From Chthonomonadales bacterium (GTDB lineage Bacteria > Armatimonadota > Chthonomonadetes > Chthonomonadales > CAJBBX01), in NCBI GenBank assembly GCA_049967475.1, contig JBMFSQ010000008.1:73349-137348 (forward strand): a stretch of 64,000 nt of DNA. Reading direction: 5' to 3'. Positions within the stretch are counted from its first letter, which is position 1; the number at the start of each line of letters is the position of its first letter. Shown piece by piece: positions 35,969 to 44,512 of this stretch. The notes beneath the pieces were generated by a model. That model worked only from the letters and a program-made list of their open reading frames with translations, made no database searches and had not been told where the DNA came from. The translations under genes and the position numbers were made by a program.

Positions 35969-37441
35969 TTATCTGCGAAGCCTTAGCCCGATGAGGGGCA
36001 CGGTGTGCTTGAATAAGTTATCGGCACCCAGCCAAAGCGAGAAATCGTCGTTGAGACCCACCAGCGCGCGCGCATCCAGTTGCAGATTGTTCGGTTCATA
36101 AAGGTCCAGCACTAACGAAGAAGATCGGGTTGCGTGCCATCCAAGCCCTACGCCCAGTTTTGAGGCGTAGAGGCCATACCTCAGAGAAGCGGAACGCCCA
36201 AGGTTCGTTTCGTATTGAGCATTGAGCTTGTTGCGCTCGGCGAAGTCGTAGATGCCCAAATCAAAGGCATTGTGCGAGCCGATGGGCAGCCGCATGGACA
36301 CGTCCGATCGGAAGTGCGGCGCATTCCCTCGCTGGAGGAAGTCTATACTGAACTCGGGCCTGCCGATGCCGAACCTGGGAGGGCCCTTTGGAATGTGGAT
36401 GGAGCCTACCAGGTTGTTGAGGCGCTCCACGAGGGGCCGAGCCTCCTCCGTGGTCTCTTTGAGCTGTTCCATCGTCGTTTTGATGTTGGATTGAATGGTC
36501 GGGTCACCGGTAATCTGGTGAATGTCCGAAGCGATCTGGTTAAATCGGGCTACCGTGGCCCTTGCAAGATCGAGCGTGTCCAGCAAGGACTGCTGCAGCC
36601 GCGGATCGGTCACTTGTTCCGTGAGGCGCGTGAGAGCGCTGCGTGCAGCGTCCACCGTGTCGCCTAGGCGCTGCAAGAGATCTACCGCTCCGTTTGCCAG
36701 TTCATCGAACTTGCCGCTGTTACGATGTACCATCAGCTTGAGGTCATGACTGATGGAGGCTGCAGCGGAGCGGGCAGTGGCGGTGGTCTCCTTCAGGTTG
36801 TTCAGCGACGCGTGAAGTGTGCTGCGAATGGCCGGATCGGCGATGATGCGCTTGGCCGAGGCGGTAGCTTCCTGAAGGTTTGCCATCACCGCATCGGTGC
36901 GCTTCAGTATACCCTGAACCTGAGCCATGGTGCGGTTGAGGTTGGGCCCTACCTGTTGCAGGGTGGCCGTCAATTGTTTCACTGCCGTGGCGGCTTCGGG
37001 TGATAGCTGCGCCAGCGCTCCTGCCGGAGGCTCCACATATTGCGACGGCCATGTGTCCCCCGGCTGAAGGGCGGCAGTGGAAGTTCCTGGAATGATCTCG
37101 ATCTGGGGATTGGTAATGAGGATGCCGGAACTGATGCCGATGCGCGAATCGGCTGGGATCTTTCCGCGAAACTCATTGCGGATCGCCAGCGTAACCACCG
37201 GCCGCAGGCGGGTAGCCGGGTCCTGCGAAAGCTCGATGCGCTCCACCTCGCCGATGGCCACACCGTTCATGCGGACCGGTGTTTGAACCAACAGTCCCTT
37301 TGTGTCCGCAAACACGACACGCAGCCGAAAGTGCGTCCAGTCGAATAGTCCGTGTGACAAAAACCAATAAACGCCGGCGAAGAGCACCAACCCCACAATG
37401 GTGGTGACGCCTACCTTCCCGGCAGCCTTTGTGTCCATCAT
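35969..37441 (-). CDS. mlaD: long MlaD/MCE protein (TM-MCE-helical stalk-putative C-terminal beta-barrel)
   Basis: KVG TM, GLLVQTPVRMNGVAIGEV MCE motif, about 200-aa helical region, C-terminal amphipathic strands (RYGLYASKLGVGLGW, FSLWLGADNL). Confidence 0.85.
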   Translation of the reverse strand: MMDTKAAGKVGVTTIVGLVLFAGVYWFLSHGLFDWTHFRLRVVFADTKGLLVQTPVRMNGVAIGEVERIELSQDPATRLRPVVTLAIRNEFRGKIPADSRIGISSGILITNPQIEIIPGTSTAALQPGDTWPSQYVEPPAGALAQLSPEAATAVKQLTATLQQVGPNLNRTMAQVQGILKRTDAVMANLQEATASAKRIIADPAIRSTLHASLNNLKETTATARSAAASISHDLKLMVHRNSGKFDELANGAVDLLQRLGDTVDAARSALTRLTEQVTDPRLQQSLLDTLDLARATVARFNQIASDIHQITGDPTIQSNIKTTMEQLKETTEEARPLVERLNNLVGSIHIPKGPPRFGIGRPEFSIDFLQRGNAPHFRSDVSMRLPIGSHNAFDLGIYDFAERNKLNAQYETNLGRSASLRYGLYASKLGVGLGWHATRSSSLVLDLYEPNNLQLDARALVGLNDDFSLWLGADNLFKHTVPLIGLRLRR

Positions 37442-37618
37442 GCTCTCCCACGCAAGGGTGCTCCCCGAACGCCGCCAGGGATGCGGAACCGAAGCGGCGC
37501 CTTACGGCTTTGGGGCCTCCTATGATGACCAATCCCCTTTGCGGGGAAGGCCTTCAGGACTTTGCTCCCTTGTGCGTCCGGCCCGCGGGTCCGCCCCCGG
37601 AACAGGAGGCCCTCGCTC

Positions 37619-38347
37619 TTAGAGTGCTCGCAGGAATGCTTGAACTCGCTCATCGTCCGATGCACGGATCTCGTCCGGAGTTCCGTAAGCAATGATGGAG
37701 CCATCGGCAATCATGGCGATGCGATCCGCGATGCGAAGGATCGAACTAATGTCGTGGGACACCACGATCGCTGTGGCGCCTGTCCTATCGCGGGTACGAA
37801 CAATGAGGTCATCAATCGTGCGGGCGATGACCGGGTCCAAACCGCTTGTCGGTTCATCATAGCACAGAATTGCGGGCTCCATCGCCAAGGCGCGGGCAAG
37901 GCCGACACGCTTTTGCATCCCTCCAGAAAGTTGCGCGGGGTAAAGATCTTCAGCTCCTTCCATGCCGACCTCGGCGAGCCTCTGACGCACGATGCGCCGG
38001 ATCTCGGAGGACCCCAATTTGCGGTTGTGGACGAGGCCGAAGGCCACATTCTCGTAAACGGTCAGCGAATCGAAGAGTGCAGCGTGTTGGAACACAAGTC
38101 CGATCCTGAGCCGCACTTCGTCGAGGCGATTTTCCGGAAGAGGAACGATATCCGTTCCGGAGATCAGGATGCGGCCGGAAGTCGGCTTGATCAATCCGGT
38201 GACGCACTTGAGGAGCGTAGTCTTGCCCGATCCGGACATCCCCATCACCGCGGCGATTTCCCCTGCGCCGACCTCCAGGTTGATTCCTTTCAAGACCGGC
38301 TTGCCTGCAAGAGTGAGGTGGACGTCCTCGATTAATGCGGCGCTCAC
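37619..38347 (-). CDS. mlaF: MlaF/Mkl-type ABC ATPase
   Basis: GMSGSGKT, FQHAALFDSLTVYENV, LSGGMQKRVGLARA, YDEPTSGLDP; GTGA overlap with mlaE stop. Confidence 0.9.
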   Translation of the reverse strand: MSAALIEDVHLTLAGKPVLKGINLEVGAGEIAAVMGMSGSGKTTLLKCVTGLIKPTSGRILISGTDIVPLPENRLDEVRLRIGLVFQHAALFDSLTVYENVAFGLVHNRKLGSSEIRRIVRQRLAEVGMEGAEDLYPAQLSGGMQKRVGLARALAMEPAILCYDEPTSGLDPVIARTIDDLIVRTRDRTGATAIVVSHDISSILRIADRIAMIADGSIIAYGTPDEIRASDDERVQAFLRAL

Positions 38348-39156
38348 TTGCTGCCCACCGTTCCGCCAGTAAGGATCTGTGCAAGGAAGAAATCGGAGAT
38401 GAAGATCAGCGCCACACACAGCACAACAGAGCTCGTTGTGGCGCGACCCACGCCTGTGGCACCTCCGCGCGTTCGGAGGCCTTGCCGGCAGGCAACAATG
38501 GCGATGGTGAACCCGAACCACAGGGTTTTCACGAGCCCCCGAAGAAGGTCGCCGGTCCCCACGAAGGTGCGCGCGGATTGGAGGAACGCTTGATGGGGCA
38601 CGCCATGGAAGCCGCTCATGAGGAAGGCGCCGAAGGATCCGGCAAGATCCGCGAATACGCCAATGAGGGGCATCATGAACAGGCAGGCCAGCAGCCGAGG
38701 GGCCACCAAGTAACGGATGGGGGACACCGCCATGGCGCGGAGGGCGTCTACCTGTTCGGTGACGACCATGGACCCGATTTCAGCGGCGATGGCCGCGCCG
38801 CTTCGGGCGGCTACTGCTACGCCTGCAAGTACGGGACCCAATTCGTTCAGAAAGCCGTATACGAGGGTGCCGCCTGCCAGGTTCGTGGCACCGAAGCGAA
38901 CGAATACCGATACGGTGTAATATGCGAACACAGCCCCCGTAGAAAACGTGATGGCTACCACGATGGGGAGGGAATCCACTCCGATGGCGCTCATCTGCAG
39001 GAGTGTCTGGGCCAGGGACGCGCGGCCCCTGGCGATGAATGCCAACGCCTGGCCCGCCAGCATCACTGTTTCGCCTACGAAATTGAGGGCATCGCTTGCC
39101 AGAGCGGCAACCATCCCTTTGCCGGGAGACAGTTCCTGTGCTGCTGGAGCATTCAT
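38344..39156 (-). CDS. mlaE: MlaE/YrbE ABC permease
   Basis: IGVDSLP, ELGPVL, AEIGSMVVTEQVDAL, GGATGVGRATT. Confidence 0.93.
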   Translation of the reverse strand: MNAPAAQELSPGKGMVAALASDALNFVGETVMLAGQALAFIARGRASLAQTLLQMSAIGVDSLPIVVAITFSTGAVFAYYTVSVFVRFGATNLAGGTLVYGFLNELGPVLAGVAVAARSGAAIAAEIGSMVVTEQVDALRAMAVSPIRYLVAPRLLACLFMMPLIGVFADLAGSFGAFLMSGFHGVPHQAFLQSARTFVGTGDLLRGLVKTLWFGFTIAIVACRQGLRTRGGATGVGRATTSSVVLCVALIFISDFFLAQILTGGTVGSK

Positions 39157-40706
39157 GCGCCAGGCTCCGGTTGGGAGGCCGTCTCCATCTCCAACTCTTT
39201 GCGCAGCAGGCGCTTGATGACTTTCCCTGTGCCTCCGCGAGGAAGGCTGTCTCGGAAGATTACGCGGCGGGGCACTTTGTAGTTGGCGAGGCGTTCCCTG
39301 CAGAAGCGAATGATGTCTCGAGAAGTCGCCTGGGCGCCGGGCTTGAGGACCACCACGGCTATGACCGTCTCGCCGCGAAGGGCATCGGGAGCGCCGATCA
39401 CTGCTGCATCCGCTACCGCAGGATGTGCAAAGAGCACTTCTTCTACTTCACGGGGGTATACGTTGATGCCCCCCACAATGAGCATATCCTTCTTGCGATC
39501 CACGATGGTGAAGTAGCCGTCCTCGTCCATAATCCCCAGATCCCCGGTGTGGTACCAGCCGTTGCGCAGCGCCCGAGCTGTCGCTTCCGGCTGATTGTGG
39601 TAGCCCAGCATGACGTTTTCGCCGCGGACTACAATCTCGCCGATTTGCCCCGGTGGGAGTTCGCGGTCTTCGTCATCGAAGATGCGCATCTCCACTCCGG
39701 GTATGGGGAGGCCGATGGTGCCTGGCTTGCGCACGCCATAGAGGGGGTTTACCGAAGTAACCGGGGAACACTCGGTAGGGCCGTCTCCCTCAATGATCGT
39801 GGTGTGAAAGCGCTGCTCGAATTCCTGCATCACCGCGACGGGCATCGGCGCTCCTCCGGACACACACACACGCAGGCTGGAAAGATCATATTCCCGCTCC
39901 ATGGGATATTGGAGCAAGGCCGCGTACATGGCAGGGACACCGGCAAAAACGGTGATATGATAGCGCTCAATAGCCTCCATCACGCGGGCCGGATGAAACA
40001 TCTCTATGATGGTGGTGGAGGATCCGCAAAACAGGGGCGTATTCTGGCAGACGGTGCCGGCAAAGGAGTGAAATAGGGGCAGCACGCACAGGAAATTGTC
40101 CTTCTCGTCGAAGTGCAGTGCCTGGGACACCTGCCGACAGTTTGCCGTTAGGTTTCGATGGGAGAGCAAGGCGCCTTTGGGTCGGCCCTCCGTTCCCGAC
40201 GTATAGATCGTCACAGCGGGCGCTTGGTCGGGAACCGGTGGCGCGCCCAACGGTTCATCGGGTGCCGAACCCGTGAATTCGTCGAACGAAAGTACGTCCG
40301 GCGGCAGGCTCTCCGGGGTGCCCGTGCACAGCACGTATTCGAGTAACGGGAGGCTCTCTTTCGCCTGGAGCGTAGCAGGCAGCATCGCCGGAGCCGTGAC
40401 CACCGCACGGGCTTGCGCATCGCCCCAGATGTAAACAAGCTCTGGGGCTTTGAGGAGAGGGTTGGCAGGAACGCATACTCCGCCGATGGCCGTGACCGCA
40501 TAATAGGTTGTCGTGAACTCCGGCTGATTGGGAAGCAGGAGTGCCACACGGTCCCCGGCACGGATGCCGAGGGATACGAGTGCGCGGGCTGTTTGATGCA
40601 CGCGAGTGAGCAGTCCCGCGTAAGTCAGTACGGCTTCACGGAAGTAGATCGCGGGCCGGTCAGGATGGTGCTGCGCACCCTGTAGAACGCTCGAGTATAG
40701 ATGCAT
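39153..40706 (-). CDS. fadD: long-chain fatty acid-CoA ligase family (AMP-forming) enzyme
   Basis: YTSGTEGRPKG, LPLFHSF, EGDGPTE, WYHTGDLG, DRKKDMLI, GKVIKR; ATGA overlap with mlaE. Confidence 0.8.
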   Translation of the reverse strand: MHLYSSVLQGAQHHPDRPAIYFREAVLTYAGLLTRVHQTARALVSLGIRAGDRVALLLPNQPEFTTTYYAVTAIGGVCVPANPLLKAPELVYIWGDAQARAVVTAPAMLPATLQAKESLPLLEYVLCTGTPESLPPDVLSFDEFTGSAPDEPLGAPPVPDQAPAVTIYTSGTEGRPKGALLSHRNLTANCRQVSQALHFDEKDNFLCVLPLFHSFAGTVCQNTPLFCGSSTTIIEMFHPARVMEAIERYHITVFAGVPAMYAALLQYPMEREYDLSSLRVCVSGGAPMPVAVMQEFEQRFHTTIIEGDGPTECSPVTSVNPLYGVRKPGTIGLPIPGVEMRIFDDEDRELPPGQIGEIVVRGENVMLGYHNQPEATARALRNGWYHTGDLGIMDEDGYFTIVDRKKDMLIVGGINVYPREVEEVLFAHPAVADAAVIGAPDALRGETVIAVVVLKPGAQATSRDIIRFCRERLANYKVPRRVIFRDSLPRGGTGKVIKRLLRKELEMETASQPEPGA

Positions 40707-40884
40707 CGTTTGCCTTCGTGCCCGCAAAGCGCGGGCCTCTCCGGTTCAAGGAATTGCAACGGCGCCGCGGAAGCTCGCGGGCGGGTTCCCCGTTCCTTTC
40801 TGCTCTTCCAAGACGCAGTGGCGGAGCAGGGGGATCCGCAAGCGTGGGCAGCACGTGCTGAGATGATGTTCTCTTTGTCGTTTA

Positions 40885-40913
40885 AGTATAGCCTCTGTTG
40901 ACTGTGGAGTGAA
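40885..40913 (-). promoter_or_regulatory. sigma70-type promoter for the fadD-mlaEFD genes
   Basis: TTCACT-N17-TATACT, about 180 nt upstream of the fadD ATG. Confidence 0.55.
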
Positions 40914-41056
40914 GGTGTGCCGATAGACGCCTGTCCCAGGAGAGCGAATGCGCGTGCCGTTGCTGCGCCCTCCGCCGGGCTGAAGCCGTTGGCCTCTTGC
41001 TTTGGACCGGGAGGCGATGCGACATACAAGGCGCGGGATAGGTGCTTCGCCCAATG

Positions 41057-42535
41057 TCACGTGCACTTGCGGATCAGATCCTCTTGGCGGGCAAGGCGTT
41101 CCCTGTACGACGCATGGTGGTCCCAATGCGGTTGAAGCAGGCGCCCTTCGGGAAGCGGGATCGAGCTCAAGTCGGTCCGGACGCCTGCCGCCCGCAGAGC
41201 CACAAGGGCGGCGCCTCGGCTGGTGGCTTCCAGATCTTCGGAGGCGAGAACGGGCACCCCCATGGCGTCGGCGATCATCTGGGCAAACACCGGGGCAGCG
41301 CGCAAACCACCTCCCGAAGCCACTACGAGATCCAGTTCCGGGAATTGGTCCCGTAGGATCTGTCCTGCAGCAGCAAACCGGAGCGCCAAACCTTCAAGCA
41401 TGGAGCGCATGAGGTCGGCTGGTCCTGTTTCCACTGCAAGTCCGGCCAAGATGCCTTTGGCTTCTGCGCGCCAACGGAAGGAGCGCTCTCCGGCGAGAAA
41501 GGGCACGAATAGAGGGATCCCAGGCGATGGAGCGCAATCCGTGATGGAGGCACGGTCCCGCGTGGAGATGCGGAAGGTCTTGGACGCCCATTCCAGATCT
41601 TGGCCTCCATCGCTGAAGGCTGCTCCGACTATGGCGTGTTCCCGATCCAGCCGGTAGCACCACAGGTCGGGGGGAACCGGGCGAGGCGGCCGACGGGTGA
41701 CGATGCGCAGGGCGCTTGATGTGCCGATGTTGAGGGCTGCCCGATGTTCTCCCGCGCAGGCGGATCCCACGTTCGAGGCGGCCCCGTCACCGATGGCGGG
41801 GATCCACGGGATGTGTTTGAGGGCGGGCCATCGGGATGCCCATGGAGGGCGGAGTGTGCCGACCGGCGCATCCACGTCAGTCAACGGAGGAAGCTGCGTC
41901 CTGGAGATGCCCGCTGCGGCAACGAGTTCTTCGTCCCAGTCGCAGTGGCGCTGCAGGAACAAACCCGTGGCAGACGCCATACTCACGGAGCATGCCACGC
42001 TGCTGATCCATCGGCTCAGAAGGAATTCGCCCGGCGACAACCACATAAATGCTCGAGCGAATTCCTCCGGCCGGGTGGTCCTAAGCCATAACAGGCGGGC
42101 CGGCCAATAGCTGGGGTGGAAGCGGCATCCCGTTCTGCTGTGTACAGCGTCCTCATCCATATGGGAGCGGAGCCATTGAGCTTGTGGCCATGCTCTCCGC
42201 TCTGCCCACGTGTACACTGGGGTTATCGCTGCGCCGGTACGATCAATGCCCAGCATGCTGTGCCAGAAGGAACAAACGCCCACGGCAGCGATGGAATAGG
42301 AGGCGGCGCCGGCTTCCAGAAGGACCTCGTCTATGCACGCGGTGGCAGCGCGCATCAGACGGCGCGGATCCAGCACTGCGGCGCCAGGCTCCGGGGATGC
42401 AAGGCGCAGGTTCCGTTGGGATTGCATCCCTATGATCGGCTTGGCGGAGGCGTCATAGATGCCGCACTTGACGCGTGAAGTGCCGATATCCAAAGCAAGG
42501 ACATAGGGCTTTGCGGCAGAGGCCATTGCCGTCAA
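41057..42535 (-). CDS. gntK: FGGY-family gluconokinase
   Basis: LALDIGTS, RTGCRFHPSYWP, SMASATGL, GDGAASNVGS, LWCYRLD, PFLAGERS. Confidence 0.8.
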   Translation of the reverse strand: MTAMASAAKPYVLALDIGTSRVKCGIYDASAKPIIGMQSQRNLRLASPEPGAAVLDPRRLMRAATACIDEVLLEAGAASYSIAAVGVCSFWHSMLGIDRTGAAITPVYTWAERRAWPQAQWLRSHMDEDAVHSRTGCRFHPSYWPARLLWLRTTRPEEFARAFMWLSPGEFLLSRWISSVACSVSMASATGLFLQRHCDWDEELVAAAGISRTQLPPLTDVDAPVGTLRPPWASRWPALKHIPWIPAIGDGAASNVGSACAGEHRAALNIGTSSALRIVTRRPPRPVPPDLWCYRLDREHAIVGAAFSDGGQDLEWASKTFRISTRDRASITDCAPSPGIPLFVPFLAGERSFRWRAEAKGILAGLAVETGPADLMRSMLEGLALRFAAAGQILRDQFPELDLVVASGGGLRAAPVFAQMIADAMGVPVLASEDLEATSRGAALVALRAAGVRTDLSSIPLPEGRLLQPHWDHHASYRERLARQEDLIRKCT

Positions 42536-43743
42536 TCCCCCAGCGCCCGCTTCATGCGCGAAAGCCCCTCCAGGATATTTCCCTCGGATGTGGCGTAGGA
42601 AAGGCGAATGTATTCCTCTTGTTCCAGGCGGCGGCCGAAGCAGGTCCGCGGGAGGACTGCCACGCCGGCCTCTGCCAGAAGGTAATCGCAGAGGCTGTTT
42701 GCATCCGGAAGGCCGATGCGCCGGCAGGCTTGGGTCACATTCGGGAATACATAGAACGCGCCCCGTGGATGCACGCAGTGTACGCCTGGGAGCTCATTCA
42801 GGAGCTTCGTGATGAGGCTCGCCCGTCGAGCGAATGCCGCCGTCATGGCGTGGGCTTCGTCTTGGGGTCCGCGGAGGGCTTGGAGGGCTGCCCATTGGGT
42901 GAATGTGGCGGTACAGGAATGGATATTCGTTTCGATACGGGCAAGCTGTGCTGCAAGATCAGGTCGGCAGACGCCGAAGCCGATGCGCCAGCCTGTCATG
43001 GAATACGTCTTGGAGAAGCCGTCAACCAGTACCGTCCGGCGCTCCATATCCGGGATGCTGAAGATCGAGTGAAATTCCCCGTCGAACACGATCTGAGAAT
43101 ATACTTCGTCACTGATGACCCACAGGTCATGTTCGAGAGCCAGGGCGGCTATGGCCTCCAAGTCACTTTTTGCAAGCATTCCGCCCGTAGGGTTATGGGG
43201 GCTATTGAGAACGATCGCGCGGGTTCGGGGTGTAATGAGGCGCGCCAAAGCTTCTACATCATAGCTCCAGCCCTTTTGTTCTACAAGGCGTGCGGGGACT
43301 GTGGCTGCGCCCATCCACGCAGCTAATGATTCGTAGATCGGATAGCCTGGCGAAGGGTAGATTACTTCATCACCGGGGTTGATCAGGGCGCTGAGTGCCG
43401 CAAAGATCACCGGTTTGGCCCCCGGCGACACCACAACCCAGTCGGCGGTTACAGGTACACCCCGCGTGCGCCGGATGTACGCGGCGATAGCCTCGCGCAA
43501 TTCCGGCAAACCGTTGGATGGGCCATAATGCGTTTGGTTGGCATCCAGAGCATCTTTGGCCGCCTGGCGGATATGCGCAGGGGTATCGAAGTCCGGCTCA
43601 CCCAGTCCAAACGAGATGATGTCGCGGCCTTGGGATCGGAGTTCATTTACCCTGGCGAGGACGTCGAAGGCGGTTTCGGTGCCGAGGACGGCCATACGGT
43701 CGGCGAGTTCAAGCCCTGGGGTGGCGGCGTGTGAGGCAGTCAT
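42532..43743 (-). CDS. class I/II PLP-dependent aminotransferase (aspartate aminotransferase-like)
   Basis: GEPDFDTP, NSPHNPTG, SDEVY, GFSKTYSMTGWRIG. Confidence 0.92.
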   Translation of the reverse strand: MTASHAATPGLELADRMAVLGTETAFDVLARVNELRSQGRDIISFGLGEPDFDTPAHIRQAAKDALDANQTHYGPSNGLPELREAIAAYIRRTRGVPVTADWVVVSPGAKPVIFAALSALINPGDEVIYPSPGYPIYESLAAWMGAATVPARLVEQKGWSYDVEALARLITPRTRAIVLNSPHNPTGGMLAKSDLEAIAALALEHDLWVISDEVYSQIVFDGEFHSIFSIPDMERRTVLVDGFSKTYSMTGWRIGFGVCRPDLAAQLARIETNIHSCTATFTQWAALQALRGPQDEAHAMTAAFARRASLITKLLNELPGVHCVHPRGAFYVFPNVTQACRRIGLPDANSLCDYLLAEAGVAVLPRTCFGRRLEQEEYIRLSYATSEGNILEGLSRMKRALGD

Positions 43744-44037
43744 AGCTGCATCCTCCTGTGATGTAGGGTTCGTCGTTGAACGCCTGGAGGCAGCTCAACA
43801 GGCAGAGAACTGCGGGCGGACGAAGGGACGTGCGCCGGCGCAGAGCGTTCCAGCCAGGGTGTATCTTCTTCCGGCTGGTTTGCAATTCCTGCGCCGTACA
43901 GATGCCCGATGGGCGGCGTGGAGGCAGGCGAAAAGGGGGGTGGGAGGAGAATGGGAATAGGCCCGCGTGGGTTCCTTCCCCGCTTGGCCTCCCATTGCCC
44001 CTCAAATGAGAAGTGCGTCCTTCCCTCTCTTGGCGCG

Positions 44038-44388
44038 TTAGGCTACCTTGCGGAGGGTGAGCCACCAGGTGTGGCGGCGCACCTCTGCTTCGTCGGTGAA
44101 GCGGATGCCGTACTCCACCGCGTCAGGTTGGTGGGCGGATGGACCGATGCGCCGGGTAACTGTGCCTCGAACAGGCCGAAGCTCGAAACCTTCCGGCGCT
44201 TCGATGAGCACTTGCGATCCTACGGGTAAATCGGCCGGCAGGGTGCATCGCACCCCAGCGCGGCTGATTTCGAGAAGCTCTCCGTACTGTTCGGCGCCCT
44301 GGTGGTCGCGAACCTTCACCGACATCGGCCTGATTGCCTGGCGAAGTGCGGATCGCCGATCCGGCGGGAGCCCGTGTTCACCATTCAT
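44038..44388 (-). CDS. single-domain PilZ protein
   Basis: RRSALR (RxxxR), EISRAG (D/NxSxxG-like), EYGIRF; AAAGGAGG RBS. Confidence 0.8.
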   Translation of the reverse strand: MNGEHGLPPDRRSALRQAIRPMSVKVRDHQGAEQYGELLEISRAGVRCTLPADLPVGSQVLIEAPEGFELRPVRGTVTRRIGPSAHQPDAVEYGIRFTDEAEVRRHTWWLTLRKVA

Positions 44389-44512
44389 CGTGTTTCCTCC
44401 TTTCGACTTTGCGGTGTCCTATATGCGGTTGGTGCCTTCTGCCGGCCCGGTGGCACGCCTAGCGCTTCTTATTCATGTGGCTCCGACAGCAATCTCGTGC
44501 ATTTTCGATGCG

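Noticed and set aside
40707..41056. Second 6S-like RNA suggested by CCTTGAACC
   Set aside because: No complementary arm or long closing stem; better explained as the fadD promoter and leader.
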